DNA of 64,000 bases from Candidatus Multivorans sp. (GCA_965247095.1 OZ251997.1:4288001-4352000), one strand, 5' to 3'. Shown: positions 36,772-46,519, counted from the stretch's first letter. Translations and numbers: made by a program. Notes: generated by a model not told the origin, from the sequence alone.

Positions 36772-38552
36772 AAAGGCCGTCCGCGCTCGCCGCGCTTCGG
36801 GTACTGACCGTGGTGATCCTCGGCGCAACCATAATGACGGGGTTGATGTCGTCGGGGCGTGCGGTCGCGCGCGTCGAATCCCGGGCGTTGCGCAACGAGA
36901 CCGACATCGCCGCGCAGATCGCCCGAGAGATGGGGTCGGCGGGTCTGGATCGGCTCTTTCCCGGCCGGTGGTCGCTCGACGACGAAACGCCCCCGGGTTT
37001 GGAGGGGGCGGTCGTGACGGCGAACGGCGGTAGGCTCGTGGGCCGGGCCGTCGTGTATGACGCCGACCGTTGGAATCCGTTGGGGAGCGTCACGCTGCAG
37101 GGGTCTCCCGATCTGGAGACGCGCCTTCCTTTATATGTATGGCTCAGCGCCCTGGTGGCTCTGGGCGGGGTGGGGTTGCTGGTGCCACGCTGGGCTCGAC
37201 CGGGCTCGTCTTCATCGACCGGACGCCTTGCCCTGGTCGCGACGGGCGTGCTGGTGTCGCTCGCGGTGATGATTGGGGGAGGATGGGCGCACGCGCGACT
37301 TGCGGATGCAACCCCACGCCGGATGGATGTTGCGGTGACGGCCCTGAACGTCGTCGGGGCGGATGAGGTGAGTCGGCGCCCGGGAGGTGTCTTCCAACTG
37401 ACCGGCGTACCGTACGTACTCCAGGGTCGTGATGGAGATGTCACGTTCAGTCATCTCTCCACGGCGGCGGCGGAAGATCTCCGCAACGTGTCGCCCACCG
37501 GGGTCACCGTCCGCGGCGATGGGGCGCCCTATCTCGTCGCCGACGTTGGTTCGGTGCGACTCGCGTTGCTTACGGACGAACACACGGATTCGCCGGCGGT
37601 CGGACTCGCCGTCATCTTGATGGTGGGATTGACGGTCGCCTGGGCGATCGGTCGACTGACCGCGCTGGGCGACCAACCACGGGTGCTCCGCCGGAATCTC
37701 GTGGCCTGGTCCTTTCTCGGTCCATCGGCGCTCCACCTCGCCGTCTTTACGGTCGGACCACTGGCGTGGGCGGGATGGTTGTCCCTCCACCGATGGAGCC
37801 TGATCGACGATGCGCGGCCCTTCGTCGGCATCGGAAATTATCTGGCCGTATTGAGCGACGGCTCGTGGTGGCGCGCCGTCGCGAACACCGCGTTCTTCAC
37901 GCTGCACGTGCCGTTCGCGATGGCGGTGGCGCTTGCCCTGGCGCTCCTCGTCCACCGGCGGGCACGCGGTGTGATGTTCCTTCGGGCCGTGTTCTTCCTG
38001 CCGAGTATTACGAGCATGGTGGCGATCGCCATTGTGTGGCAGTGGATGTTTCATCAGGAATTCGGGATCATCAATTGGGCGCTGGGGCTGGTGGGAATTC
38101 CGGCGTTACGCTGGCTCAACTCGCCGGCTACGGCGATGCTCGCGATCATGATCATGTCCGTGTGGCTGGTGGTCGGGTATCAGATGGTGTTGTTTCTGGC
38201 CGGCCTCTCCGCTATTCCGCGCGAGCTGTATGACGCGGCCAAGATCGACGGCGCGAGCCCGTGGAAGCGCTTGTGGCACGTGACCTTGCCGGGGCTACGC
38301 CACACCCTGGTCTTCGTGTTGATCACCTCGGTGATCGGTTCGTTTCAGGTCTTTGCCGCCGTGTACGTCATGACCCAAGGCGGTCCCCTCCAGGCCACGA
38401 ACGTGGCGGTCTTTCACATCTACCGTGAGGCGTGGGAACTCTTCCGGTTCGGAAGCGCCGCGGCGATGAGCTGGGTGCTATTCGCCATTGTGTTCGTTGT
38501 GACCTGGACGCAGTTCCGCATGGTGGAACGCCGGGCGAAGGGGCTTGGGTGA
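36768..38552 (+). CDS. Sugar ABC permease (MalF-type) with a ~300-aa N-terminal extension
   Basis: FVGIGNY, FFLPSITSMVA, AGLSAIPRELYDAAKIDGA (EAA loop) in the C-terminal half. Confidence 0.9.
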   Translation: MKRPSALAALRVLTVVILGATIMTGLMSSGRAVARVESRALRNETDIAAQIAREMGSAGLDRLFPGRWSLDDETPPGLEGAVVTANGGRLVGRAVVYDADRWNPLGSVTLQGSPDLETRLPLYVWLSALVALGGVGLLVPRWARPGSSSSTGRLALVATGVLVSLAVMIGGGWAHARLADATPRRMDVAVTALNVVGADEVSRRPGGVFQLTGVPYVLQGRDGDVTFSHLSTAAAEDLRNVSPTGVTVRGDGAPYLVADVGSVRLALLTDEHTDSPAVGLAVILMVGLTVAWAIGRLTALGDQPRVLRRNLVAWSFLGPSALHLAVFTVGPLAWAGWLSLHRWSLIDDARPFVGIGNYLAVLSDGSWWRAVANTAFFTLHVPFAMAVALALALLVHRRARGVMFLRAVFFLPSITSMVAIAIVWQWMFHQEFGIINWALGLVGIPALRWLNSPATAMLAIMIMSVWLVVGYQMVLFLAGLSAIPRELYDAAKIDGASPWKRLWHVTLPGLRHTLVFVLITSVIGSFQVFAAVYVMTQGGPLQATNVAVFHIYREAWELFRFGSAAAMSWVLFAIVFVVTWTQFRMVERRAKGLG

Positions 38553-39376
38553 TGATACGTGCAAGAGTGCGGGGCACGACCCTGGCGTGGGTCGCCGCCG
38601 GCGTCCTGGCGCTCACCATGCTCCTGCCGTTCTTGTGGATGTTCTCGACGAGCTTGATGGGCGAGCTGGAGGTCTTCGCATTCCCGCCCCCGGTGGTGCC
38701 GGAGGAGGCGCGTTGGAGCAACTACCCGGCGGCACTCACGGCACGTCCCTTCGGCCGCTACTTCCTCAACTCGATGGTGTTTGCGACCTGTGTGGTGATC
38801 GGCCAGGTGGTTACCGCGGCGACGGCGGGGTACGCGTTCGCGCGCGTGCGGTTCGTGGGCAGAGAGCGGATATTCCTTGCGTATCTGTCAACGATGATGT
38901 TACCGGTCGTGGTGGTGCTGATTCCGCGGTTTCTGCTGATCAACGCCCTGGGGTGGGTCGATACCTATGTCGGGTTGATCAGTACGGAGCTGGTCTCAGT
39001 GTGGGGAATATTTCTCATGCGCCAGTTCTTTCGCAGCGTTCCTCGGGAGCTGGAGGATGCCGCTCGCATCGACGGAGCGGGTCCCTGGCGCATCTTTTGG
39101 TCAATTGGAGTGCCGTTGGCGAAGCCGGCCATCGCCACGATCGCGCTCTTTGGATTCATCGAGGCGTGGAAGAATCTTCTGTGGCCGATCATCGCCACGC
39201 GATCGATGGGGATGCGGACGGTGGAGGTGGGAATCGCGTCGTTCCACGGACTGTTCGCCACGAATTGGCCGTTCCAAATGGCCGCCGCGGTCACGGCGAT
39301 CCTTCCCGTCATCGTGTTGTTCGTGTTCACCCAGCGATACTTCGTCGAGGGCATCCAACTCACCGGCTTCAAGTAA
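38552..39376 (+). CDS. Sugar ABC permease (MalG-type)
   Basis: PFLWMFSTSL, FLMRQFFRSVPRELEDAARIDGA, QRYFVEGI. ATG 38552 overlaps the upstream TGA. Confidence 0.95.
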   Translation: MIRARVRGTTLAWVAAGVLALTMLLPFLWMFSTSLMGELEVFAFPPPVVPEEARWSNYPAALTARPFGRYFLNSMVFATCVVIGQVVTAATAGYAFARVRFVGRERIFLAYLSTMMLPVVVVLIPRFLLINALGWVDTYVGLISTELVSVWGIFLMRQFFRSVPRELEDAARIDGAGPWRIFWSIGVPLAKPAIATIALFGFIEAWKNLLWPIIATRSMGMRTVEVGIASFHGLFATNWPFQMAAAVTAILPVIVLFVFTQRYFVEGIQLTGFK

Positions 39377-39414
39377 CGCCGAACCATGCAAGGAGACGCC
39401 GTGCGAAAGCTCGT

Positions 39415-41745
39415 GTGCGCGATGCAGGGAGACATGAGGACATTGCGCGTGACCTTCGCGAATGGAGTGGGTTGCACGACTCGTACATTGCGTCTCACCC
39501 GGTGACGCCGTCCGGCGCCACGATCGGCGCGTTGGCCCCGGACGCCTGGGCCGGAATCGTCCTGTGCCCGGAGGCGGGGTCGGGGTTTGGGATTCGGTTT
39601 GCGGTGGAGCGTGACGGTACGCGCGCTGACGGGGGAGATCTTTTCTTTCTCGCGCATGAGGTTGGCCCCCACGCTCCCGATGGCAGCTACGCGCGAGTGG
39701 CCTTCGATGTGGACCTTCCCCTCGGCCTCGGCAATGACACGCCCAAGGTGCCGGCCGCCGAGCGCCGTGCCGGACTCACTGTGGAATGGGCGCGTGGGGG
39801 TGACGTGGTGGACGTTCGGGTGCAGGCGGCTTACGAGGGCGTATTGGAGGTGCGGGGGTATTTCCCGTGGGACTGGACGGGTCATTGGCGTGTGGCTCCG
39901 GGTGTGTTGCACGCCGAAACGGAAGGTGGTTCCCATCGGCTCGAGGTGCTTGTCGTCGTTCCCGAGTCGGCCCCGGACGCGGAGTGGGCGATCGAAGCGG
40001 GAGCGGCGGTGGCGCGGATCGCCGTGACTTCCGGCGACTGCATCTACGTGCGGGCGGCGATCGGTGACGATCCGCCGTCGGCCGAGACGCAGGCGATCGA
40101 CGCGCATCTCTCCCAGGCGCTCGCGGCCTACGAATCCAAACGCCCTGTGGTGACCGGGGAGTGGGCCGGTCTGGTGGCGTCCATCGCCAACAATCTCCAT
40201 TGGATGATCGCATTGCAGCCAGAGACGGGGCGGCTCTACACGCCCGCCGGTAGGCGCTGGATCTTCCCCGCGCACGCGGCGGACGCTACGGACCAACACT
40301 GGACGATATTCTGTTGGGACAGCTTCCTGAACGCCCTCCAGCTGGCCGTCGAGAGTCCGGACCTAGCCCGGGCGGTACTGCGCTCCGTTCTCCATACCCA
40401 GTACAACAACGGCAACGTTCCCAACTGGCGTGGTCGGTTCAACGGCACGCCGGATCGCTCGCAACCGCCCATCGGGTCCTTTGCCGTGCTCAAGTATTTC
40501 TTGCGCACGGGTGACCGCGAGCTGGTCGTGCGCGCGTTGCCGTTCCTCGAGCGGTGGTCCGCCTGGTGGACGGCGCCCAAGGGTCGTGGCCGGCGCCGGA
40601 GTGGTGGCCCCCACGCACTGTTTCAGTGGGGCAGCGACCTCGATCTCGTGATCGACTCCCCCGCCGAGTGGGAGAACTCGTCGAGCCATCAACAGAAAGC
40701 GGCGTGGGAGTCGGGGCAGGACGACCTGCCGAACTGGGACGACGCGGAGTGGTGTGCCGAGACGGAGACGCTCGACCTGGACGCCGTCGACCTCTGCTCC
40801 TATCTCGCGCTCGATTCCGAGTGCCTCGCCGAGTTGGCGACGATACTGGGAGAGACGAATAGGGCGCAGGCGTACCGAGACCGTCGTGCGCTGCTGATAC
40901 AAAAGATGAACGTGCACTTCTGGTGCGAGGACGCCGGGATGTACCTGGATCGACGTTGGAGCGGTGAATGGTCGCGTCGCATGGCGGCTTCCAACTTCCT
41001 CCCGTTGCTGGCCGGCGTTCCGGACGACGCGCAAGCGGCGCGAATGATCGAGACCCTACGGGACGAGTCGAGATTCGGCGGATCCTTTGTGCTCCCGAGC
41101 ATCAGTCGTGACGACCCGGCGTTCCCCGATCAACAGTACTGGCGCGGCACCATCTGGCCGCCGATGAACTATCTCGTCTATCAGGGACTGCGGCGTTATG
41201 GCTTCGACGTCGATGCCGGCCAGATGGCGGCGCGCAGCGTCGCCATGTTCCTCGGCGACTGGCGCCGTTTCGGATATTGTCGGGAGAACTTTCATGGAGA
41301 CACCGGTGAGGGAGGTGGGCACCGTTTCCAGAGTTGGGGGCCGTTGTTTGCCTTGATCGGCGTCGAGGAGTTTGTCGACGTGACCCCGTGGGAAGGCCTG
41401 CGGGTTGGCACCCTCACCCCGCCGGCCGCCACCACGTTGCGGCGGCTAGTCATTCGCGATCGGTCCTGGGACGTGACCCTCTCGCCCGAGGGTGTCGCCG
41501 TTGAGTGCGACGGCCAGCGCATGTTCACCACTACAGGACCCGCAACGTTCCGCCACCTGGAACACAGCGACCAGGCACTGAGGGCGACGGTGACCTGCGC
41601 CACCTCCGTTACGTTGTGTGTCGAGGGTTTCGGGCCCACCGCGCGGGTGGAGATCGATGGAACGATCGAGACACGCTCGACAGCGGATATCGATTTGCCG
41701 GCCGGGCAACACCTCGTGCGGGTCGAGGCGATACCAGAGCCGTAG
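39415..41745 (+). CDS. GH63/MGH1-like (alpha/alpha)6 glycoside hydrolase
   Basis: IFCWDSFL, RSQPPIGS, AAWESGQDDLP, YWRGTIWPPMNYLVYQGL, CRENFHGDTGEG. Start uncertain; the ORF-track N-terminus overlaps the permease and is spurious. Confidence 0.85.
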   Translation: MRDAGRHEDIARDLREWSGLHDSYIASHPVTPSGATIGALAPDAWAGIVLCPEAGSGFGIRFAVERDGTRADGGDLFFLAHEVGPHAPDGSYARVAFDVDLPLGLGNDTPKVPAAERRAGLTVEWARGGDVVDVRVQAAYEGVLEVRGYFPWDWTGHWRVAPGVLHAETEGGSHRLEVLVVVPESAPDAEWAIEAGAAVARIAVTSGDCIYVRAAIGDDPPSAETQAIDAHLSQALAAYESKRPVVTGEWAGLVASIANNLHWMIALQPETGRLYTPAGRRWIFPAHAADATDQHWTIFCWDSFLNALQLAVESPDLARAVLRSVLHTQYNNGNVPNWRGRFNGTPDRSQPPIGSFAVLKYFLRTGDRELVVRALPFLERWSAWWTAPKGRGRRRSGGPHALFQWGSDLDLVIDSPAEWENSSSHQQKAAWESGQDDLPNWDDAEWCAETETLDLDAVDLCSYLALDSECLAELATILGETNRAQAYRDRRALLIQKMNVHFWCEDAGMYLDRRWSGEWSRRMAASNFLPLLAGVPDDAQAARMIETLRDESRFGGSFVLPSISRDDPAFPDQQYWRGTIWPPMNYLVYQGLRRYGFDVDAGQMAARSVAMFLGDWRRFGYCRENFHGDTGEGGGHRFQSWGPLFALIGVEEFVDVTPWEGLRVGTLTPPAATTLRRLVIRDRSWDVTLSPEGVAVECDGQRMFTTTGPATFRHLEHSDQALRATVTCATSVTLCVEGFGPTARVEIDGTIETRSTADIDLPAGQHLVRVEAIPEP

Positions 41746-44064
41746 ATGGCATTCGCTCTTGGTGGATACCAGCCTCCGGCCGACAGCCTGCTCGCGCGCC
41801 GCCCGTGGCTCACCAACGCAAGTAGTTGGTGTGCCTCCACCGGACCGGACGACGAGTACGACGTCGACGATCGAGGGGTGTGGCCGATCGGCAACGGGTA
41901 CGTCTTCGCTCACGCCGGCTTGGCCGCGCCGTTCAATCGGCTGCAAGGATTGGTAGGCCCGAGCTACCAGACGGAAGGGGTGCATCGACCTTCGGGCGCC
42001 TTTGGAGATTGCTGGGCAGAGCTACGCGTCGGCTTGGAACCGGTGCCGCTTCCCCATGACCACATCTGGCGCCCCCGCGAATCCGGCGTGCTGGTGACGG
42101 TTGCGTACCGGCATGGCATGGCGCTGACGACCATTGACTTCGCGCACCCGATCGCGGCGGCCGTGGTTCGCATCGTGGAGACGTGGTGCGGGGGCGATGT
42201 GCCCACCGACGTCGCGATCGTGGCTCCGCACGCGTCCGGCGCGCGCGGGAGTTCGCGTCTGGAGATTCCGTATCGTCCCGGACAGTTCATGGTGGTGGCG
42301 GCGGTTGGCTCACCGGCGCACGGAGAGGGCAGGTGTTTGCGGTTGCCGCACTGCCCCCATAGCGGGGGCGTCCAACGGGCGACCGTGATTCTCTCCGCCG
42401 GGCGCGATGCCGATGAAGCGCACCGCCAGGTCGATCGGCTTGGCGATGTGGTCGATCTGTTGGAGGAAACGCGCGACCATTGGCGGCGCTGGCTCGCGAA
42501 GACGACGACTCCCGCTCTGTGGCCCCAGCGGTTCGGCGGCCCCACCGCCGACGTCCAGCGCACCGCCGACCTCATCGAGGCGACCAAGCTGCAACTCAAG
42601 ATGCAGCAGGCCCTGCCGGGAGGCGGTGTGTCCCCGATGGTGCACTTCAAGGGCGTGTGGGCGCGCGATTCCAGCGGACCGATCCGTGCGTTCATGCAGA
42701 TGGGGGCGGTTGACGAGGTCCGGGCGCAGTTGGAGTACTACTATCGCGCCTCGTGTATCCTCGGCCGCATCCCCAACTCCGCGCCGCTCGATCTCGACGT
42801 GGACGCCGCCAGGGAGCCCGCCGATTGGGAGCGCGTACCCGTGCCGCACGCCGAGGTGCCGTCGTTTGTCATCCTGCAACACCGGTGGTGGTTGGACGCG
42901 GGCGGTGACGTGGAGTTGGTGCGGCGACACTGGAATTACCTTCGGCGCTGCGCGACCGGGCAGAAGGTGGGAAGGAACGGGCTCCAGTCGTTCAACGGCG
43001 ATGAGACCTTTTTGCATGGCGCCCTCTACTCCGTGTTCCCCGACCGCTGTGGGTGGCCCAACGATCTCATCGGCGACGACATCGACAGTGGTTACGCACC
43101 GTGGTCGCTCTCCTCCTGCGTTGCCTACGTCGTGGCGCAAGAAGCCATGGCCTGGATGGCCGCGCGGGTCGGCCGGGAGGGTGAGGTGGCCGAGTATGCG
43201 AGATCAGGACGGCAGATGCGCGGGCAAATCGAGCGGTGTTTCTGGCTGCCCGATCGCGGGTTCTACGCGCCCGCGCTCTATCCGCTCAGCGGGGTGCCGC
43301 ACGCAACCCCCTTTGCGCCCGTCAATCTCCAGCCACTCTGGTTGGGATACCACGGCGTAGCCGATGCACGCGCCCGTCCGAATCTCGACGCCGTGCTCAG
43401 CCATGTTGGATGGACTGGAGTCACGCCCCGTTGTGGCTACAACGTCGGGACCACGCCGTCGTATCTGTTGCAGGGCCTGTTGTCCGTAGAATCGGACCTG
43501 GCCCCGACCGGCCTCGCCAACCTCGTGTCGATGGCCTCGCCGGCGGGTGATTGGGCGGAAGTGTACTCGCCGGACGGGCGTGTACACGGCGGGTACGATC
43601 CGGCCACCCCCAATCGACTCCGGCCGTGGGAGAGCGGGCTCGCGCTCGATGCGATCTACCGGTATTTCCGCGAGCGGCGGCCGGAGGACGAGCCATTCGA
43701 AACGCCCACCGGGCCGGAGCCGGTCGTCGTCGGTCCGATTCCGCTGCCGGCCACGAAGACAACGGTGGTGGTCACGGCGGACCGCTCCGAGTTGGACGAG
43801 TTGCTGCGTGCCGCCGCGGTGGAGCGTGATGAGGTCACGGTGCTCGAACCGGCGCTGCCGTGTGATGCGGACCTGTTCGATCGGGTGTTGTACGATGCGG
43901 GGTCGGGGGCCCGAATCGTAGACGTGCTCGTGTTGGGGGCGAGCGCGACGAAGACCAGCCGACGTTCGATGAAGGCGGCGGCGTTTTGGGAGTCGGCGGC
44001 TGTGGTTGACGCGTTGGAGCGGTTTCGAGGTGAGGGCGGCACCGTTCGAGCTGTTGATCCCTGA
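41746..44064 (+). CDS. Six-hairpin glycosidase-like protein (GH15/GH63-like), divergent
   Basis: PIGNGYVFA; FKGVWARDSSG; FWLPDRGFY; WAEVYSPDG...LRPWESG. Confidence 0.65.
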   Translation: MAFALGGYQPPADSLLARRPWLTNASSWCASTGPDDEYDVDDRGVWPIGNGYVFAHAGLAAPFNRLQGLVGPSYQTEGVHRPSGAFGDCWAELRVGLEPVPLPHDHIWRPRESGVLVTVAYRHGMALTTIDFAHPIAAAVVRIVETWCGGDVPTDVAIVAPHASGARGSSRLEIPYRPGQFMVVAAVGSPAHGEGRCLRLPHCPHSGGVQRATVILSAGRDADEAHRQVDRLGDVVDLLEETRDHWRRWLAKTTTPALWPQRFGGPTADVQRTADLIEATKLQLKMQQALPGGGVSPMVHFKGVWARDSSGPIRAFMQMGAVDEVRAQLEYYYRASCILGRIPNSAPLDLDVDAAREPADWERVPVPHAEVPSFVILQHRWWLDAGGDVELVRRHWNYLRRCATGQKVGRNGLQSFNGDETFLHGALYSVFPDRCGWPNDLIGDDIDSGYAPWSLSSCVAYVVAQEAMAWMAARVGREGEVAEYARSGRQMRGQIERCFWLPDRGFYAPALYPLSGVPHATPFAPVNLQPLWLGYHGVADARARPNLDAVLSHVGWTGVTPRCGYNVGTTPSYLLQGLLSVESDLAPTGLANLVSMASPAGDWAEVYSPDGRVHGGYDPATPNRLRPWESGLALDAIYRYFRERRPEDEPFETPTGPEPVVVGPIPLPATKTTVVVTADRSELDELLRAAAVERDEVTVLEPALPCDADLFDRVLYDAGSGARIVDVLVLGASATKTSRRSMKAAAFWESAAVVDALERFRGEGGTVRAVDP

Positions 44065-44140
44065 GACGGGTTCTTTCCACAAAGTCGTGAGTCATTCCGA
44101 TGCCGCGGTCCGAAGCGATGAGCCAGAATGAGGTCATCGT

Positions 44141-44275
44141 CTGGAGCGTCATTAACAGGAAACGCTGCTCCTTGAGGTCGGTCTCCAGGAGGTCGGGTCT
44201 GCCGAGCCTGCGCAGTTCCGCCAGATAGGTCTCGATCTCGGCGAGCTTCTTGGCTACGAGCTCAGCGTCGGTCAT
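44141..44275 (-). pseudogene. hepT: HepT (DUF86) N-terminal fragment, 45 codons
   Basis: MTDAELVAKKLAEIETYLAELRRL...KEQRFLLMTLQ, ATGA-coupled to mntA; no Rx4H motif follows. Confidence 0.75.
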
Positions 44276-44682
44276 GAGCTGGGACCGTGTCGGTAAAGCC
44301 GGCGGATGGGCTCCATGTCGAAGTACTCGTTTCGGGACTTGACCTCCCACGCCATGCGCCTTCGGCGGTCGCGGTCGATCACGATGACGCCGTCTCGCCG
44401 CACACGGTGTGCGAGGTCGCACGGGGCTCGATTGAGGATGACGATCTGGACCGCCCGCCCGGTCCTTTCCTCGATGCGAGCGGCAAGGTCCAGTCGGAGG
44501 CTTTCGAGTGTGTCCGGCGGATCCGATTCAAGCAGAATCGCGACATCGACATCGCTGTCGAGGCGCTGGGTACCGCGGGCGACTGAACCGTACAGGTAGG
44601 CGGCGACGATGTCAGGCTCGGCGTGGAGTTCGGAGCGCAGCGTCGCGGCGATCGCTTCGGTTTCGGGTGTTGCGGTTGGCAT
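44272..44682 (-). CDS. mntA: MntA-type nucleotidyltransferase antitoxin (intact)
   Basis: YLYGSVARGTQRLDSDVDVAIL ... VILNRAPCDLAHRV ... RNEYFDMEPIRRLYR. Confidence 0.9.
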   Translation of the reverse strand: MPTATPETEAIAATLRSELHAEPDIVAAYLYGSVARGTQRLDSDVDVAILLESDPPDTLESLRLDLAARIEERTGRAVQIVILNRAPCDLAHRVRRDGVIVIDRDRRRRMAWEVKSRNEYFDMEPIRRLYRHGPSS

Positions 44683-44760
44683 CGCGGTTCGTTCTGCGGC
44701 GCCGGCTGCGGCAGGTCGCGGCCTGGACATCCGCCGCCGGGTGCCGTTCCGTTAGTTACG

Positions 44761-45642
44761 TCACGGCACCACCTCGCTCCAGTTCGGTGCTGCCGCGGCT
44801 TCGCCCTTGCCGGCTGCCCAGTCGATCGTGTCGCCGACCCAGGTCTGGAACATCTCGTGGGACCAGACGTCCTCGCGGTGGCCCATCGCGTTGTGGAAAA
44901 CGCGGCCGGCGCCGAGCTCGCGGCACCAGACGATGGGGTAGGGGGCGATGTCGTACACCTCCTGCTTTGCACGCTCTTCGCCGGGGTCCATCAGGGCGAG
45001 GACGTGCAGTTTGTCCTTGGCGACGTTCTTGTACAGGTACCACTCGTCCATGATCTTCCAGCCGTCTTCGACGTTGCCCATCGTCGGGTGGTCCGCATCG
45101 GCGACCCGCACGATGCCTTCGAATTGGGCGCCGTGGTGGAGAAACTCGCCACCGATCATGCCGACGTAGGGAGTCACCTCGTCGTTCTCGCCGTGGAAGG
45201 TGTCGGTGGCGGGATGGAAGCCGACGAAGCCGCCCCCGCCTTCGATCCACTCGATCATGTCGGAGACGCCGTCGGCGCTCATGGGCGGGTTGCCGTCGCC
45301 GCGGAAGATGCCCGAGCCTTGGCCGCCGCGCTGGGTGAGGTCGCCGGTGGTGTAGAAGATGACGACGTCGAACGAGGCGAGTTGCGTCGCGTTGATCATG
45401 CCGGCGTCCTTGGTCGACGTGACCTCGAAGCCGCGGTCGGCCGCGATCTGGGCGAGCACGGTGTCGACGTGGCTCGGCCGGGCTTCCTGTCGCGTGATCG
45501 CCGAATGCTGGAAGCCGGACGACTTGCTGACGAAGAGGACGCGGACGGGTCCGTCAGCTTCGTGCTCGGAGGCGAGCGTTGGCGCGACCGAGGCGAGGGG
45601 CAGGGTGAGGGCGAGTGGGGCGAAGCGGCGAAGGTAGGTCAT
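44761..45642 (-). CDS. Exported ThuA-like (class I glutamine amidotransferase-like) domain protein
   Basis: RVLFVSKSSGFQHSAI, FDVVIFYTTGD, GGGFVGFHPATDT, GRVFHNAMGHRE; signal peptide. Confidence 0.9.
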   Translation of the reverse strand: MTYLRRFAPLALTLPLASVAPTLASEHEADGPVRVLFVSKSSGFQHSAITRQEARPSHVDTVLAQIAADRGFEVTSTKDAGMINATQLASFDVVIFYTTGDLTQRGGQGSGIFRGDGNPPMSADGVSDMIEWIEGGGGFVGFHPATDTFHGENDEVTPYVGMIGGEFLHHGAQFEGIVRVADADHPTMGNVEDGWKIMDEWYLYKNVAKDKLHVLALMDPGEERAKQEVYDIAPYPIVWCRELGAGRVFHNAMGHREDVWSHEMFQTWVGDTIDWAAGKGEAAAAPNWSEVVP

Positions 45643-45657
45643 GGGTAAAATTTACCA
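45643..45657 (-). promoter_or_regulatory. Extended -10 box for leaderless transcription of the ThuA-like gene
   Basis: Minus strand TGG-TAAATT-6 nt-ATG, embedded in the palindrome GGTAAA-A-TTTACC. Confidence 0.55.
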
Positions 45658-45676
45658 CCGCACGAGCGCTGCCTCC

Positions 45677-46519
45677 TCAGCCGAACTGCGCGATGACCTC
45701 TTCGCCGAACTGGGCGATCCGGTCGGGCGCCATCGGCGGTACGAAGACGCGCGAGACGTCGAGTTCGGCCATCTGTGCCAGGTGATCCGGCGGTCCGCCG
45801 GTGGCCGTGATCTCAATCGCGTCCGGATCGCGGCCGGCGGCTTCGGCGCTCTCCCGCATGATGCGGAACAGGTGCTTCAGCTTGTCGACGTCGGTGATGG
45901 CGGGGAAGAAGCCGTCGCCCAGTTCGCCGGCGCGGCGGGCGGCGCGCTCGGAATGGCCGCCGACGACGATCGGCACGGAGCCATTGACCGGCTGCGGCCG
46001 GCTGTAGCAGTCGGAGAAGGAGACGTACTCACCGTCGTGGCTGGAGCAGTCCTCGGTCCACAGCGCCCGGATGGCGCGCAGGTAGTCGTCGAGGCGGCGT
46101 CCGCGGCGGGCGAAGGGTACGCCCAGGGCGTTGAACTCCTCCTCGAGCCAGCCGACGCCGACGCCGAGGATGGCGCGTCCACCCGAGAGCTTGTCAAGCG
46201 TGGCGACCGCCTTGGCCGTGATCAGCGGATTGCGCTGCGGGACGATCAGGATGCCGGTGGCGAGCTTGATGCTCTTCGTTGCCGCGGCCACGTAGGATAG
46301 CCAGATCAGCGGGTCGGGGATGTCGAAGTCCTCGCGTCCACCGGGCATCTTGCCGCTGTCGTCGTAGGGATATGGGGAGGCGTAACCGCGCGGGACGACG
46401 ACGTGCTCCACGGTCCATAGCGAATCGAAGCCGGCGGCTTCGGCGGCTTGAGCCAGAGCCACGGCTCGTGCACCGTCAACGAACAGACCGGTGTTGGCGA
46501 ACATGATGCCGAACTTCAT
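45677..46519 (-). CDS. LLM-class (luciferase-like, putative F420-dependent) oxidoreductase
   Basis: MKFGIMF...AEAAGFDSLWTVEHVVVP...KLATGILIVPQRNP...LGVGVGWLEEEF; RBS AAGGAG. Confidence 0.92.
   Translation of the reverse strand: MKFGIMFANTGLFVDGARAVALAQAAEAAGFDSLWTVEHVVVPRGYASPYPYDDSGKMPGGREDFDIPDPLIWLSYVAAATKSIKLATGILIVPQRNPLITAKAVATLDKLSGGRAILGVGVGWLEEEFNALGVPFARRGRRLDDYLRAIRALWTEDCSSHDGEYVSFSDCYSRPQPVNGSVPIVVGGHSERAARRAGELGDGFFPAITDVDKLKHLFRIMRESAEAAGRDPDAIEITATGGPPDHLAQMAELDVSRVFVPPMAPDRIAQFGEEVIAQFG

Noticed and set aside
38545-39414. N-terminal 290 aa of the 1066-aa ORF, suggesting a giant fusion glycosidase
   Set aside because: It overlaps the MalG-type permease in another frame and has Arg/Gly/Pro-rich off-frame composition.
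17638-44275. Functional split toxin reassembled in trans from the two hepT halves
   Set aside because: The C-terminal fragment has no start codon or RBS, and roughly 25-30 central residues appear to be missing from both pieces.
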